From an uncultured delta proteobacterium (GTDB taxonomy: Bacteria; Myxococcota_A; Polyangia; Haliangiales; Haliangiaceae): a stretch of 64,000 bases of DNA. Shown piece by piece: positions 22,005 through 31,527 of this stretch. Positions within the stretch are counted from its first letter, which is position 1; every line of letters begins with the position of its first letter. The position numbers and the translations under genes were made by a program. Where the stretch lies: NCBI GenBank assembly GCA_963848295.1, contig CAWKDB010000010.1, forward strand, positions 2,848,001-2,912,000. The letters are read 5' to 3'. The notes beneath the pieces are model-generated. The model was not told where the DNA came from. It saw only the letters and a list, made by a program, of their open reading frames with translations, and made no database searches.

Positions 22005-23618
22005 GTGCCGGTGATGCGCTCGCAAGGTTCGACCCGCGCGACCGGCGTCGTATACACGCCGCGCGAGGTCGCCGAGCCGATGGTGCAGCGCGCGCTCGCG
22101 CCGCTGCTCGCGCATCGCGCGCCCGCGTCGCTGCGCGTGTGCGACCCCGCGATCGGCGAAGGCGCGTTCCTGGTCGAGGTGATGCGCCTGCTCTGCGCAG
22201 CCGGTGGCGAGCCTCGCGACATCGCGGCGCGCTGCTTGTTCGGCGTCGATATCGATGCGCGTGCGGTCGCCGCGGCCCGGACCGCGATCGAGGCGTTCGT
22301 CGGCGCGCCGGTGCCCGAGCTGCGCCAACATCTCCGCGTCGCCGATGCGCTGGCCGACCCGTGGCCGGATCGCGGATTCGATGCGGTCGTCGGCAACCCG
22401 CCGTACGTGCGGCAGGAGCTGTTCGCCGGTCGCAAGCGCGAGCTCGGGCAATTCGCGGTGTTCGACGGCGCGGCGGATCTCTACGTCTACTTCGTCGAGC
22501 TCGCGCATTGCTTGCTCGCGCCCGGCGGCCGGTATTGCCTCGTGATGCCGAACAAGTGGCTGACCGCCGCATACGGCCGGTCGCTGCGCGAGTTCCTCGC
22601 GCGCGCCGCGAGCCTCGAAGGGCTCGTCGATTTCGGGCGAGCGCTGCCGCTGTTCGGCGATGCCGATGCGTTCCCGTGCATCGCGTGGGGCGAGGTCGGC
22701 CGCGAGCGATCAGGTCCGGTTCGCGCGGCGCGCGCGGCGACGAGCGACGTCGCGGTTGAGCTGGCGACGACCCATGACCTCGCGCGCGACCGCTGGAGCT
22801 CGGAGCCGTGGCACGTCGATGCGCCGGCAGATGCGGCGTTGATCGATCGACTCGCGGCTCGTTGGCCCCGGTTCGGCGACGTGATCGGCAAGCCGTCGCG
22901 CGGCGTCGTCACCGGGTGCAATCGCGCGTTCGTGATCGATGCCGCGACGCGCGCCCGCCTCGTCACCGCCGAGCCCGCCGCCGCAGTGCTGATCCGACCG
23001 CTCGTCAAGGGCCGCGACGTGCGGCGCTGGCGGACCGTCCGAGGCGATCGATACATCGTGCTCGTCGACCGCGGCACCTCGCTCGCGCGGCTCCCAGGCG
23101 TGCTCGCCCACCTCGCGCAGTTTCGCGCCGAGCTCGAGCCGCGCACACCGGGCGCTCGCGGTCCCGGTCGCAAGCCCGGGACCTATCGCTGGTACGAGCT
23201 GCAAGATCCGGTCGGTGCCCTCGCGAAGTCGCGCGCGCCGCGCCTGCTCTATCAGGACATCCAGACGCATCCCGTGTGCAGCCTCGATCGCACCGGCGCG
23301 CTCGTCCCCGACACGACGGTGTGGAGCCTACCGACCGATGATCGCGTCGCGCTCGCGGTGTTGAACTCGACGCTCTACGGCTGGTACGCGCGGCGGCGCT
23401 TCCCACCCGCGCTCAATGGCGCCGTGCGACCGAAGGCTGCATACCTCGCGGCGTTCCCGCTCGCGCGTCCGAGCGCCGCGGCGCGCAGGACGATCGAGCT
23501 CCTGGTGGCGACCCGATTGCGCGAGGCCAGCGCCGAGCTCGATCGCGAGCTCGATCGCGCGGTCTGCGATCTCTACGAGCTCGACCGCGCCGAGCGCGAG
23601 CTGTTAGCCGCCACGTAG
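22005..23618 (+). CDS. Orphan gamma-class N6-adenine DNA methyltransferase (Eco57I/TaqI-like)
   Basis: YTP, DPAIGEGAF, GVDID, GNPPY, DLYVYF; C-terminal target-recognition region; no nuclease domain seen. Confidence 0.88.
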   Translation: MPVMRSQGSTRATGVVYTPREVAEPMVQRALAPLLAHRAPASLRVCDPAIGEGAFLVEVMRLLCAAGGEPRDIAARCLFGVDIDARAVAAARTAIEAFVGAPVPELRQHLRVADALADPWPDRGFDAVVGNPPYVRQELFAGRKRELGQFAVFDGAADLYVYFVELAHCLLAPGGRYCLVMPNKWLTAAYGRSLREFLARAASLEGLVDFGRALPLFGDADAFPCIAWGEVGRERSGPVRAARAATSDVAVELATTHDLARDRWSSEPWHVDAPADAALIDRLAARWPRFGDVIGKPSRGVVTGCNRAFVIDAATRARLVTAEPAAAVLIRPLVKGRDVRRWRTVRGDRYIVLVDRGTSLARLPGVLAHLAQFRAELEPRTPGARGPGRKPGTYRWYELQDPVGALAKSRAPRLLYQDIQTHPVCSLDRTGALVPDTTVWSLPTDDRVALAVLNSTLYGWYARRRFPPALNGAVRPKAAYLAAFPLARPSAAARRTIELLVATRLREASAELDRELDRAVCDLYELDRAERELLAAT

Positions 23619-24254
23619 CCGCAGCGTGAACTTTTCGCCGCCGTTGACGCAGCGGAGCTCGCCGCCGTCGCGCCCGATCAGGAACGATGCGATCGCGAGC
23701 ACCTCGCCGACATTCGGCGGCGACTTCGCCGCGGCGCCCGCGGGCCCGGTCAACGTGATCGCGAGATTTCCGTCGGCGGCGACGCACGTGACATCGACCG
23801 TGCGCCCGAGCTGCGAGGTCCCGGCCGCGATATCGAGCACGACCGCGAGCGCATGAGTCATCGCCGGCAGCGCGACCTCGACCTCGGCGTTCGTGAGCTC
23901 GCCGCGCAGCTTCACGCCGGCGCGCTCGGCCGAGCGCTTGAACACGACACCGAGAGGCGATGGCGCGCGTTGCGGCGGCTTGCCGAGCGCGCGATTCGCG
24001 GTGAACAGCCCGTGCAGCTCGTTGACCGCCGCGCGCGCGGTGTCGGCCGCGACCGTAAAATTCGGGTCCCCGAGATTTTCGGCGAGCTCGGTCATCTCGT
24101 CGAGTGCCATCATCAAGCTCTGTAGCTTCGAGGCCGCATCGTGGTGGAACGACGGCATCCGCGACCCGAGCGCGGCGAGCGCGAGCACCGTGTCGAGCGA
24201 CGCCTGCGCGTGCGCACGACACGGGTTGCCGTGTTCATCGAGGTGATCGGGCAT
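23604..24254 (-). CDS. Degenerate histidine-kinase-like protein (possible ChpT-type phosphotransferase)
   Basis: LGSRMPSFHHDAASKLQ H-box-like helix; short alpha/beta C-domain without N, D/G1 or G2 boxes. Confidence 0.55.
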   Translation of the reverse strand: MPDHLDEHGNPCRAHAQASLDTVLALAALGSRMPSFHHDAASKLQSLMMALDEMTELAENLGDPNFTVAADTARAAVNELHGLFTANRALGKPPQRAPSPLGVVFKRSAERAGVKLRGELTNAEVEVALPAMTHALAVVLDIAAGTSQLGRTVDVTCVAADGNLAITLTGPAGAAAKSPPNVGEVLAIASFLIGRDGGELRCVNGGEKFTLRLRGG

Positions 24255-24375
24255 CGTCGAGAGCTTCCACAACTCTACGCGAAGCCGAGGCCTCGATCGA
24301 GAATCGGCCGGAACTGAAACCCGTATAGGGCCTTGTTCGACGAAGAGAGACGGTGGTTTGGTGTAAACTAGGTCG

Positions 24376-24756
24376 GTGACGGTGCCTGTCCTGATCTGTG
24401 ACGACGACCCGGATATCCGGGCCGCCATGCGGCGCACGCTCAAGAGCTACGACGTGACCGAGGCGTCTTCGCCACGCGAGGCGCTCGACTTGCTCAAGGC
24501 CAACACGTTCGCCGCGATCGTGAGCGACTTCTCGCTCGAGGCCGACAGCGACGGGCTCGATCTGCTGCAACACATCAAGGTGATGTACCCGGACACCGTG
24601 CGGTTCCTCGTCACTGGCAATCGCGATATGGAAGTCGCCGTGCGCGCGGTCAACGAAGGTGCGGTTCACCGATTCTTCCTCAAGCCGTGGGACGACACGA
24701 AGCTGCGTGCAGCTCTCGAGATCGTCCTCAGGTCACGGCATAACCCTAGCGAATAA
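24376..24756 (+). CDS. Single-domain response regulator
   Basis: ICDDD, VSD, DGLDLL, VTG, LKPW. Confidence 0.9.
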   Translation: MTVPVLICDDDPDIRAAMRRTLKSYDVTEASSPREALDLLKANTFAAIVSDFSLEADSDGLDLLQHIKVMYPDTVRFLVTGNRDMEVAVRAVNEGAVHRFFLKPWDDTKLRAALEIVLRSRHNPSE

Positions 24757-24764
24757 GGCAACCC

Positions 24765-25922
24765 ATGGGCGGTGGCGTGAAGTTAGGTCGAGTCCTGGTC
24801 GTCGATGACGATGCGGCGATCTTGCGCACGTGCAAGCGCATCCTCGAGCCCGAAGGTTGGCACGTCGTGCTCGCCGACAGCGGCAGCGCCGGACTCGCCG
24901 AGATTTCGAGCGCGACCGAGGCGTTCGATTGCATCGTGTCCGATGTCAACATGCCCGATCTCGACGGCTTCGAGCTGCTCGGCAAGATCCACGACGTCGA
25001 TGACGACATCCCGGTGTTGTTGATGACCGGCGACCCATCGCTCGACGGCGCGGTCAAGGCGATCGATCGCGGCGCGATCTCGTATATCGCCAAGCCGTTC
25101 GATCAAGAAGCGCTCGCGAGCGCGGTCGCGCGAGCTGCGCGACGACACGGTGTGGCGCGCATGCGCCGGCGCGCCGAGGCGTACTCGAACGCGATCTTCG
25201 CCGGCGGTGACATGCGCGAGCTCGCGGCGCGGTTCACCGAGGCGCTCGACCGCTCGTACATGGTCTATCAGCCGATCTTCGACGTCGCGACCGGCCGGAT
25301 CGTCGCGCACGAAGCGTTGATCCGGACCGACGAGGCGACGCTGCGACGGCCGGATATCTTGATCGCCACCGCGGAGCGCCTCGACAAGATCCCCGCACTC
25401 GGCCGCACCGTGCGCGCCGCGGTGGCGACCATGATCGCGAGCTCGCCACTCGAGATGGACTTCTACGTCAATGTCCACGGGCTCGAGCTCGCCGACGAGG
25501 ATCTCTATTCGCCGACCGGCCCGCTCGCCGAGCATGCCGCCCGCGTCGTGCTCGAGCTGACCGAGCGCACCGGGCTCGATGAAGTCGACGCACCGGCTCG
25601 CGTCGCGATGTTGCGCAAGCTCGGCTATCGCATCGCGATCGACGACCTCGGTGCGGGCTACGCCGCGCTCGGCGCGATCGCGACGATCGAGCCGGACATC
25701 GTCAAGCTCGACATGTCGCTCGTGCGCGATGTCGATCGCCATCCGAAGAAGCGCCGGATGATCGGAGCGCTAGCCACGCTGTGCCGCGAGCTCGGCAGCC
25801 GCGTCGTCGCCGAAGGCATCGAGACCGTCGCCGAGCAGACCGCGTGCAGCGACGGCGGCGTCGATCTCTTGCAGGGCTTCCTGCTCGGCAAGCCGAGCCG
25901 CGAGCTCGCGCGCCACTCGTAG
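24765..25922 (+). CDS. REC-EAL c-di-GMP phosphodiesterase
   Basis: Receiver plus YQP, EAL, VN, DDLGAGY, KLD, AEGIE, QG. Confidence 0.92.
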   Translation: MGGGVKLGRVLVVDDDAAILRTCKRILEPEGWHVVLADSGSAGLAEISSATEAFDCIVSDVNMPDLDGFELLGKIHDVDDDIPVLLMTGDPSLDGAVKAIDRGAISYIAKPFDQEALASAVARAARRHGVARMRRRAEAYSNAIFAGGDMRELAARFTEALDRSYMVYQPIFDVATGRIVAHEALIRTDEATLRRPDILIATAERLDKIPALGRTVRAAVATMIASSPLEMDFYVNVHGLELADEDLYSPTGPLAEHAARVVLELTERTGLDEVDAPARVAMLRKLGYRIAIDDLGAGYAALGAIATIEPDIVKLDMSLVRDVDRHPKKRRMIGALATLCRELGSRVVAEGIETVAEQTACSDGGVDLLQGFLLGKPSRELARHS

Positions 25923-25930
25923 TCGTTCCG

Positions 25931-26479
25931 TCACTTGGCGGCGGCGATCAGGTCGCTCAAGATCCGCCACGTCAGGCCCCAGATCACGTAGCCGTCGTAG
26001 CGCCAGCTCGGAAAGCTCGTGCCGAGGCGCGGGTATTCGTACGGAGCATCGAGCTCGCCCGACGCCACGAGCCCGAGTGGCAGCCAGAACGTCGCGACCG
26101 CTTCGGCATTGAGCCGCGGCTCGACCGGTCCATCGAGCGCGAACACGAACGGCGTGACCTCGAGGCCAGCCGGGCCCGACGTGAATGGCTTGAGCGGCGC
26201 GAGCGCACCGAGCGCGCGGGCGCGCCGCAGCTCGAGGCCGAGCTCCTCCTCGGATTCGCGTATCGCGGTCACGAGCAACTCGCGGTCGGCGGGTTGAAAG
26301 CGACCGCCCGGCAGCGAGACATGCCCGGACCAGGGGTCTCCTTGCCGCTCGGCGCGCTTCATCAGCAGCACGCGATCGCCGTCGAGCACCGCCGCGACCG
26401 CCGCGCGCGGCAGGCCGTCGTCGGGCGGCACGATCGGCGCGATCGTCAACCGCCGCGCGAGGCGATGCCCGAGATCCAC
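25931..26479 (-). CDS. Nudix CoA pyrophosphatase
   Basis: PWSGHVSLPGG, AIRESEEELG, IWGLT. Confidence 0.9.
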   Translation of the reverse strand: MDLGHRLARRLTIAPIVPPDDGLPRAAVAAVLDGDRVLLMKRAERQGDPWSGHVSLPGGRFQPADRELLVTAIRESEEELGLELRRARALGALAPLKPFTSGPAGLEVTPFVFALDGPVEPRLNAEAVATFWLPLGLVASGELDAPYEYPRLGTSFPSWRYDGYVIWGLTWRILSDLIAAAK

Positions 26480-26540
26480 GACCTACCTTAGCAAGCGCGG
26501 GAATCACACGCTCGTCTCGGGAGCGAGCTACATTGCGGCG

Positions 26541-27356
26541 ATGCGAACGCGGCAATTCGGCCCGCTCGGGGCGATTCCGGTGCTCGGTCTCGGCACGTGG
26601 AACATGGAGCGCGACGACCGCGCCTCCGCGATCGCCGCGATCCGCCGGGCGATCGAGCTCGGCATGACCCATATCGACACCGCCGAGCTCTACGGTCGCG
26701 GCAAGGTCGAGCAGCTCGTCGGCGAGGCGATCGCCGGCGCGCGCGATCGCGTATTCCTCGCATCGAAGGTGATGCCGAGCAACGCGAGCTACGACGGCAC
26801 GCTGCGCGCGTGCGAGGCGAGCCTTCAGCGGCTCGGGACCGATCACCTCGATCTCTATCTCCTGCACTGGCGGGCCGGCGCACCGCTCGCGGACACGTTC
26901 CGCGCGTTCGAGCAGCTCAAGGTGCAGGGCAAGATCCGCGCGTGGGGCGTGTCGAACTTCGACGACGCCGATCTCGAGGAGGCGCTGGGCGTGTCCGGCC
27001 CCGGCGCGATCGCGTGCAATCAAGTGCTCTATCACCTCGGCGAGCGCACGATCGAGCACCGCGTGATCCCGTGGTGCACCGAGCACGGCGTCGCGGTCGT
27101 CGCGTACAGCCCGCTCGGCGCCGCCGGCGGTTTCCCGCGGTCGCGACCACTCGAGGCGATCGCGAAGCGACTCGGCGCGACGCCGCGGCAAGTCGCGCTC
27201 GCATTCCTCGCCCAGCGCGCGTTCGTGATCCCGAAGTCCGCGAGCGTGCGCCACGTCGAGGAGCTCGCGCGTGAGGTGGAGCTCGATGCGCAGGCGATCG
27301 CCGAGCTCGACGCGACGTTCCCGCTCGCGCCGTGGCGCGGCCTGCCCAGCCTATGA
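26541..27356 (+). CDS. Aldo/keto reductase
   Basis: GLGTW, IDTAELYG, DLYLLHW, GVSNF, AYSPL, IPKS. Confidence 0.95.
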   Translation: MRTRQFGPLGAIPVLGLGTWNMERDDRASAIAAIRRAIELGMTHIDTAELYGRGKVEQLVGEAIAGARDRVFLASKVMPSNASYDGTLRACEASLQRLGTDHLDLYLLHWRAGAPLADTFRAFEQLKVQGKIRAWGVSNFDDADLEEALGVSGPGAIACNQVLYHLGERTIEHRVIPWCTEHGVAVVAYSPLGAAGGFPRSRPLEAIAKRLGATPRQVALAFLAQRAFVIPKSASVRHVEELAREVELDAQAIAELDATFPLAPWRGLPSL

Positions 27357-28528
27357 GTGAACGTGAATTCGATCTCGTCATGCTCGGCGCCACCGGCTTC
27401 ACCGGCCGGCTCGTCGCCGAGTACCTCGCGGGCCGTAAGCCCGCGCGCTGGGCGATCGCCGGGCGCAACCGCGACAAGCTCGACCAGCTCGGCATCGCCG
27501 CGCCGATCGTCGTCGCGGACACGCTCGACCCTGCCGCGTGCGCCGCGCTCGCCCGCCGGACGCGCGTCATGTGTACGACGGTCGGCCCGTACGCGAAGTA
27601 CGGCAGCGCGCTCGTCGCCGCGTGCGCCGAGGCCGGCACGCACTACTGCGATCTCACCGGCGAGGTGAGCTGGATGCGCGAAACGATCGACGCGAACCAC
27701 GAGCGCGCGATCGCGAGCGGCGCGCGCATCGTCCCGGCGTGCGGGTTCGATTCGATCCCGAGCGACCTCGGCACCTGGGCGACACAGCAGGCGTTCATCG
27801 CGAAGTTCGGACGACCCGCGGCGCGAGTCACCGCGCTGTTCGGTCCACTCTCGGGCTCGATGTCGGGCGGCACCGCGGCGAGCGCGTTCGGGCTCGCCGA
27901 AGCGATGAAAGACCCGGCGGTGCGTCGCGTGCTGCGCAACCCGTACTCGCTCGATCCCGATCCCGACGCCCCGCACCCGAAGATCAACGCACCCCTCGTC
28001 GGTTGGAACGCGGCGGTCGGCATGTTCTTCGTGCCGTTCTTCATGGCGGCGACGAACGCGCCGGTCGTGCGCCGTGGCCATGCGCTCGCGGGCTATCCGT
28101 GGGGCAAGGAGTTCGTCTATCACGAGGTGATGTCGACGCCGGGCAACCTCAAGGGCGCGGTGCTCGCGGCGCAGATCACCGGTGGGCTCGCCGCGCTGTC
28201 GGCGGCGATGAAGCGACCGAAGCTCCGCGAGTTTCTGCGCAAGCGCGCGCCGCAACCGGGCGAAGGTCCGTCGGCCGAGAAGCGCGAGCGCGGCCATTGG
28301 AAGGTTCGCTACGTCGCCGAGCGCGAGGACCAGGCGTTGATCTACGTCGCCTCGGATCGCGGCGATCCGGGCTACGCATCGACGTGCCGGATGCTCGGCG
28401 AATCGGCGCTGTGCCTCGCGTACGATCCGCTGACCTCGTCCGCGGGCGTCACGACGCCTTCGGTCGCGATGGGCCAGGCGCTGCTCGACCGCCTGCGCGC
28501 GGCGGGTCTCACGTTCGACGTCGCGTAG
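27353..28528 (+). CDS. Saccharopine dehydrogenase-like / trans-acting enoyl reductase
   Basis: GATGFTG, AGRN, GPY, DLTGE, GFDSIPSD, DPGY. Confidence 0.92.
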   Translation: MSEREFDLVMLGATGFTGRLVAEYLAGRKPARWAIAGRNRDKLDQLGIAAPIVVADTLDPAACAALARRTRVMCTTVGPYAKYGSALVAACAEAGTHYCDLTGEVSWMRETIDANHERAIASGARIVPACGFDSIPSDLGTWATQQAFIAKFGRPAARVTALFGPLSGSMSGGTAASAFGLAEAMKDPAVRRVLRNPYSLDPDPDAPHPKINAPLVGWNAAVGMFFVPFFMAATNAPVVRRGHALAGYPWGKEFVYHEVMSTPGNLKGAVLAAQITGGLAALSAAMKRPKLREFLRKRAPQPGEGPSAEKRERGHWKVRYVAEREDQALIYVASDRGDPGYASTCRMLGESALCLAYDPLTSSAGVTTPSVAMGQALLDRLRAAGLTFDVA

Positions 28529-28607
28529 TCGTCGCGGCCCCTCGGGGCCGTTGCCTCGGGCGTGCTCGCTAGATCGCCGCGCCCCATGTATCTCGCTCGC
28601 GATCACC

Positions 28608-28710
28608 GCAAGGTGACAAAAGAGACAGCGTCCCCAGCGCAAGCTCAGCAATCACTGCTACCTGCGAGGCTTGCGGATTCGAGCAAGGTGACAAAAGAGA
28701 CAGCGTCCCC
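28608..28710 (+). repeat. Direct repeat pair GCAAGGTGACAAAAGAGACAGCGTCCCC (locus B)
   Basis: Identical 28-mers at 28608 and 28683 (period 75). Confidence 0.92.
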
Positions 28711-28721
28711 GACAATAGCGC

Positions 28722-30215
28722 GTGGCGTATCGGTTCCTCGCGTGGGTTCTGCGAGTCATCACGCGCGTGTTCTTTCGCCAGGTCGAGGTCGCCGGGCTCG
28801 AGCACGTGCCGAGCGACGGCCCGGTGCTGTTCGCCGGCAATCATCCGAACTCGCTGATCGATCCGATCCTGATCATCACGACGTGCGGTCGCAAGGTTCA
28901 CTTTGCGGCGAAGGACACGCTGTTCAAGGGCCGGCTGATGCGCGCGGTGCTGCGCGGCCTGGGCGCGGTCCCGGTGGCGCGCAGGGACGACCATGGCGGC
29001 GCGGTCGACAACGACGCGGCGTTCACCGCGATGTTCGACGTGCTCGGCCAAGGCGGCGCGATCGGCATCTTCCCCGAGGGGCTGTCGCACGACGAGTCGC
29101 AGCTCGCGCGACTCAAGACCGGCGCCGCGCGACTCGCGATCGGCGGCGCGCAACGCACCGGCCGGCCGATCTCGATCGTCCCGTGCGGCCTGACGTTCAT
29201 CCATCCGAAGCGGTTTCGCAGCCGGGTGCTCGTGCAATACGGACCGCCGGTGATCGTCGATCGAACCGCACCGCCTTTCGGCGCTGCTGACGACCGGGTG
29301 CGCGCCCCGGTCGTCGAGCCCGGCGACGTGCGCCAGGTGACGGCGGAGCTCGACGGGGCGCTGCGCCGGCTCACGATCAACGCGCCCGATTGGGATACGG
29401 TGCGCGCGCTCGACGTCGTGCGCCGGCTCTATCAGCCGCAAGAGATCTCGATCGAGGATCGGGTCGAGCTCGCGCGCAGGTTCAACACGTATTACTCCGC
29501 GGTCGCCGGCGATCCGCGCGTGCAATTGCTGATGACCCGCGTGCGCGCCTACCAAGACGCGCTCGAGGACCTCGGCGTCACCGATCGCGAGCTCGCGCGC
29601 GACCTGTCGAAGGCCGAGGTGACGGCGCGCGTGATCCGCCACCTCGCGCTCGTCGCGTTCTGGCTGCCGCTGACCGCGCCCGGGGTGCCGTTTCATTTGC
29701 CTTCGCTCGCGTTCGCGCGACTCGCCGGATCGCGCCTGACTCCGCGCAAGGACGTGATCGCGACGACGAAGCTGATGATCGGTATGCTGATCGTGATCGT
29801 CGCGTACGGCGCCGCGATCGCGGTGCTCGGCTGGAAGCTCGGCTTGCCGTGGGCGTTGCTCGCGTCCCTCGTGCTGCCGCTGTCGGGCTGGGCGACGCTG
29901 CGCGTGCTCGACCGCCTCCGCCTCGCGCGCCGCGGCCTCGGCGTGCTGTTTCGGCGGTTGCGATTTCGCCGCGAGGTCCACGCGTTGCGCGCCGAGCGCG
30001 AGCGGCTCGTCGCCGACGTGATCGCGACGGTCAGCGCGGTCAGGCCCGCCGAGCTGCCGGCGATGTTCCCGGCCGATCATCCGGGTCGGGCCGATGGCCG
30101 GGGCTTGCCCGCGGCGGGCAGTGCCGCCGAAGCGCGGCGTGGGTCCATCGAGGAGTCGCGCGCGGCTCGCCGCAACGCCGATCTCGACAGCGAATACGAC
30201 AAGCACGAGTCATGA
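28722..30215 (+). CDS. PlsC-family acyltransferase with C-terminal membrane helices
   Basis: NHPNSLID, FAAK, FPEG motifs; carries two in-frame hairpin elements. Confidence 0.92.
   Translation: MAYRFLAWVLRVITRVFFRQVEVAGLEHVPSDGPVLFAGNHPNSLIDPILIITTCGRKVHFAAKDTLFKGRLMRAVLRGLGAVPVARRDDHGGAVDNDAAFTAMFDVLGQGGAIGIFPEGLSHDESQLARLKTGAARLAIGGAQRTGRPISIVPCGLTFIHPKRFRSRVLVQYGPPVIVDRTAPPFGAADDRVRAPVVEPGDVRQVTAELDGALRRLTINAPDWDTVRALDVVRRLYQPQEISIEDRVELARRFNTYYSAVAGDPRVQLLMTRVRAYQDALEDLGVTDRELARDLSKAEVTARVIRHLALVAFWLPLTAPGVPFHLPSLAFARLAGSRLTPRKDVIATTKLMIGMLIVIVAYGAAIAVLGWKLGLPWALLASLVLPLSGWATLRVLDRLRLARRGLGVLFRRLRFRREVHALRAERERLVADVIATVSAVRPAELPAMFPADHPGRADGRGLPAAGSAAEARRGSIEESRAARRNADLDSEYDKHES
29256..29317 (+). 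mobile_element. 57 bp twin-hairpin in-frame element (copy 1)
   Basis: GTCGA at 29256 and 29313; stems GCACCGCC/GGCGCTGC and GACGACCGGG/CCCGGTCGTC; 43/52 identity to the copy at 44744. Confidence 0.8.
30091..30152 (-). mobile_element. 57 bp twin-hairpin in-frame element (copy 2, antisense to host gene)
   Basis: Reverse complement CTCGA-TGGACCCACGCCGCGCTTCGGCGGCACTGCCCGCCGCGGGCAAGCCCCGGCC-ATCGG; same length and hairpin layout. Confidence 0.7.
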
Positions 30216-30865
30216 CCCGACCACTTGTCATCTTGCTCCACGGGCTCGCGCGCGGCCACGGCTCGATGGCAGGGCTCGGCGGCCACCTGCGCGCGCATGG
30301 CTTCGAGACGTGGAGCCGGACGTATCCGTCGCGCAAGCACTCGCTGTCGTATCTGTCGAGCGCCGTCGGTGATTGGATCGCCGAGGCCGCGGCCGGACGC
30401 CCGCTCTACGCGATCACGCATTCGATGGGCGGCCTGATCGTGCGGCACTTGCACGACCCGCGGCTGCACTGGCAACGCATCGTGATGCTCGCGCCGCCGA
30501 ATCGCGGCAGTCAGCTCGCCGCAGGCCTGTCGCGCAATCCGGTGTTCCGCTGGTACTTCGGTCCCGCTGGACTCGAGCTCGCCGAAGGCGCCGCGACGTG
30601 GCCGATGCCGCCCGCGCCGTTCGCCGTGATCGCAGGCACCCGCAGCCGGGCGTGGAACAACCCGACGAGCTGGACGGTCGGACGGCGGTTCCCCGTCGGG
30701 ATGCGCAACGACGGCACGGTCGCGGTCGACGAGACCAAGCTCGACGGCATGACCGACTTCGCCGAGGTCGACGCGACCCACACGTGGATCATGGACTCGC
30801 CGATCGTCCGCCAGCTCGCGGTCGAGTACCTGCGCGATGCGCGTTTCGCCGCGCTCCCGGCGTGA
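30212..30865 (+). CDS. Alpha/beta hydrolase (lipase/esterase)
   Basis: LLHGL, THSMGG, APPNRGS, NDGTV, HT. Confidence 0.9.
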   Translation: MTRPLVILLHGLARGHGSMAGLGGHLRAHGFETWSRTYPSRKHSLSYLSSAVGDWIAEAAAGRPLYAITHSMGGLIVRHLHDPRLHWQRIVMLAPPNRGSQLAAGLSRNPVFRWYFGPAGLELAEGAATWPMPPAPFAVIAGTRSRAWNNPTSWTVGRRFPVGMRNDGTVAVDETKLDGMTDFAEVDATHTWIMDSPIVRQLAVEYLRDARFAALPA

Positions 30866-30897
30866 CGATCTGATCGCGCTCGTGTTACGAGCTTGAA

Positions 30898-31524
30898 GTG
30901 TTCGGCCGGTTCCTGCCCCGAGAGACCAGCTTCTTCGATTTCTTCGAGCAGCATGCCGAGCTGACGATCGAAGGCGTTAAAGAGTTCCTGTCGATGGTGA
31001 CGACCGCGGCGAACATCCCGGCGAAGTGCCGCCGGATCTCGGACATCGAGCACGAGACCGACACGATCACCCACCGCTGCGTCGAAGCACTGCACAAGAC
31101 GTTCATCACCCCGATCGATCGCGACTCGATCCACCGCCTGATCACGAAGATGGACGACGTCATGGACTACGTCGAAGCCGCCGCCGAACGCATCGAGCTG
31201 TACGAGCTGACAACCATGACGAGCGACGTGCGCGACCTCGCCGACGTGCTCTATCGATCCACCCTGCAAGTCGAGCAGTGTGTGCGCGGGCTACGCACGC
31301 TCGGCGATCCGCACGCGACCTTGAAGTTGTGCATCGACATCAATCGGCTCGAGAATGAAGCCGATGCAATCCTTCGCCGCTCGGTCGCGCGGTTGTTCAA
31401 AGAGGACAACAACGTGATCCACATCATCAAGTGGAAAGAGATCTACGAGAATCTCGAGGCCGCGAGTGATCGCTGCGAAGACGTCGCGAACATCATCGAG
31501 GGCGTGATCCTCGAGCACGCATAA
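30898..31524 (+). CDS. DUF47 / Pit accessory (PhoU-like) protein
   Basis: IEHETD, TFITPIDR, LENEAD, D.CEDVANIIE; upstream of pit. Confidence 0.93.
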   Translation: MFGRFLPRETSFFDFFEQHAELTIEGVKEFLSMVTTAANIPAKCRRISDIEHETDTITHRCVEALHKTFITPIDRDSIHRLITKMDDVMDYVEAAAERIELYELTTMTSDVRDLADVLYRSTLQVEQCVRGLRTLGDPHATLKLCIDINRLENEADAILRRSVARLFKEDNNVIHIIKWKEIYENLEAASDRCEDVANIIEGVILEHA

Positions 31525-31527
31525 TCG

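Noticed and set aside
22005..23618. Complete restriction-modification or BREX-type defence system
   Set aside because: No nuclease, helicase or specificity gene adjacent; flanks are unrelated genes.
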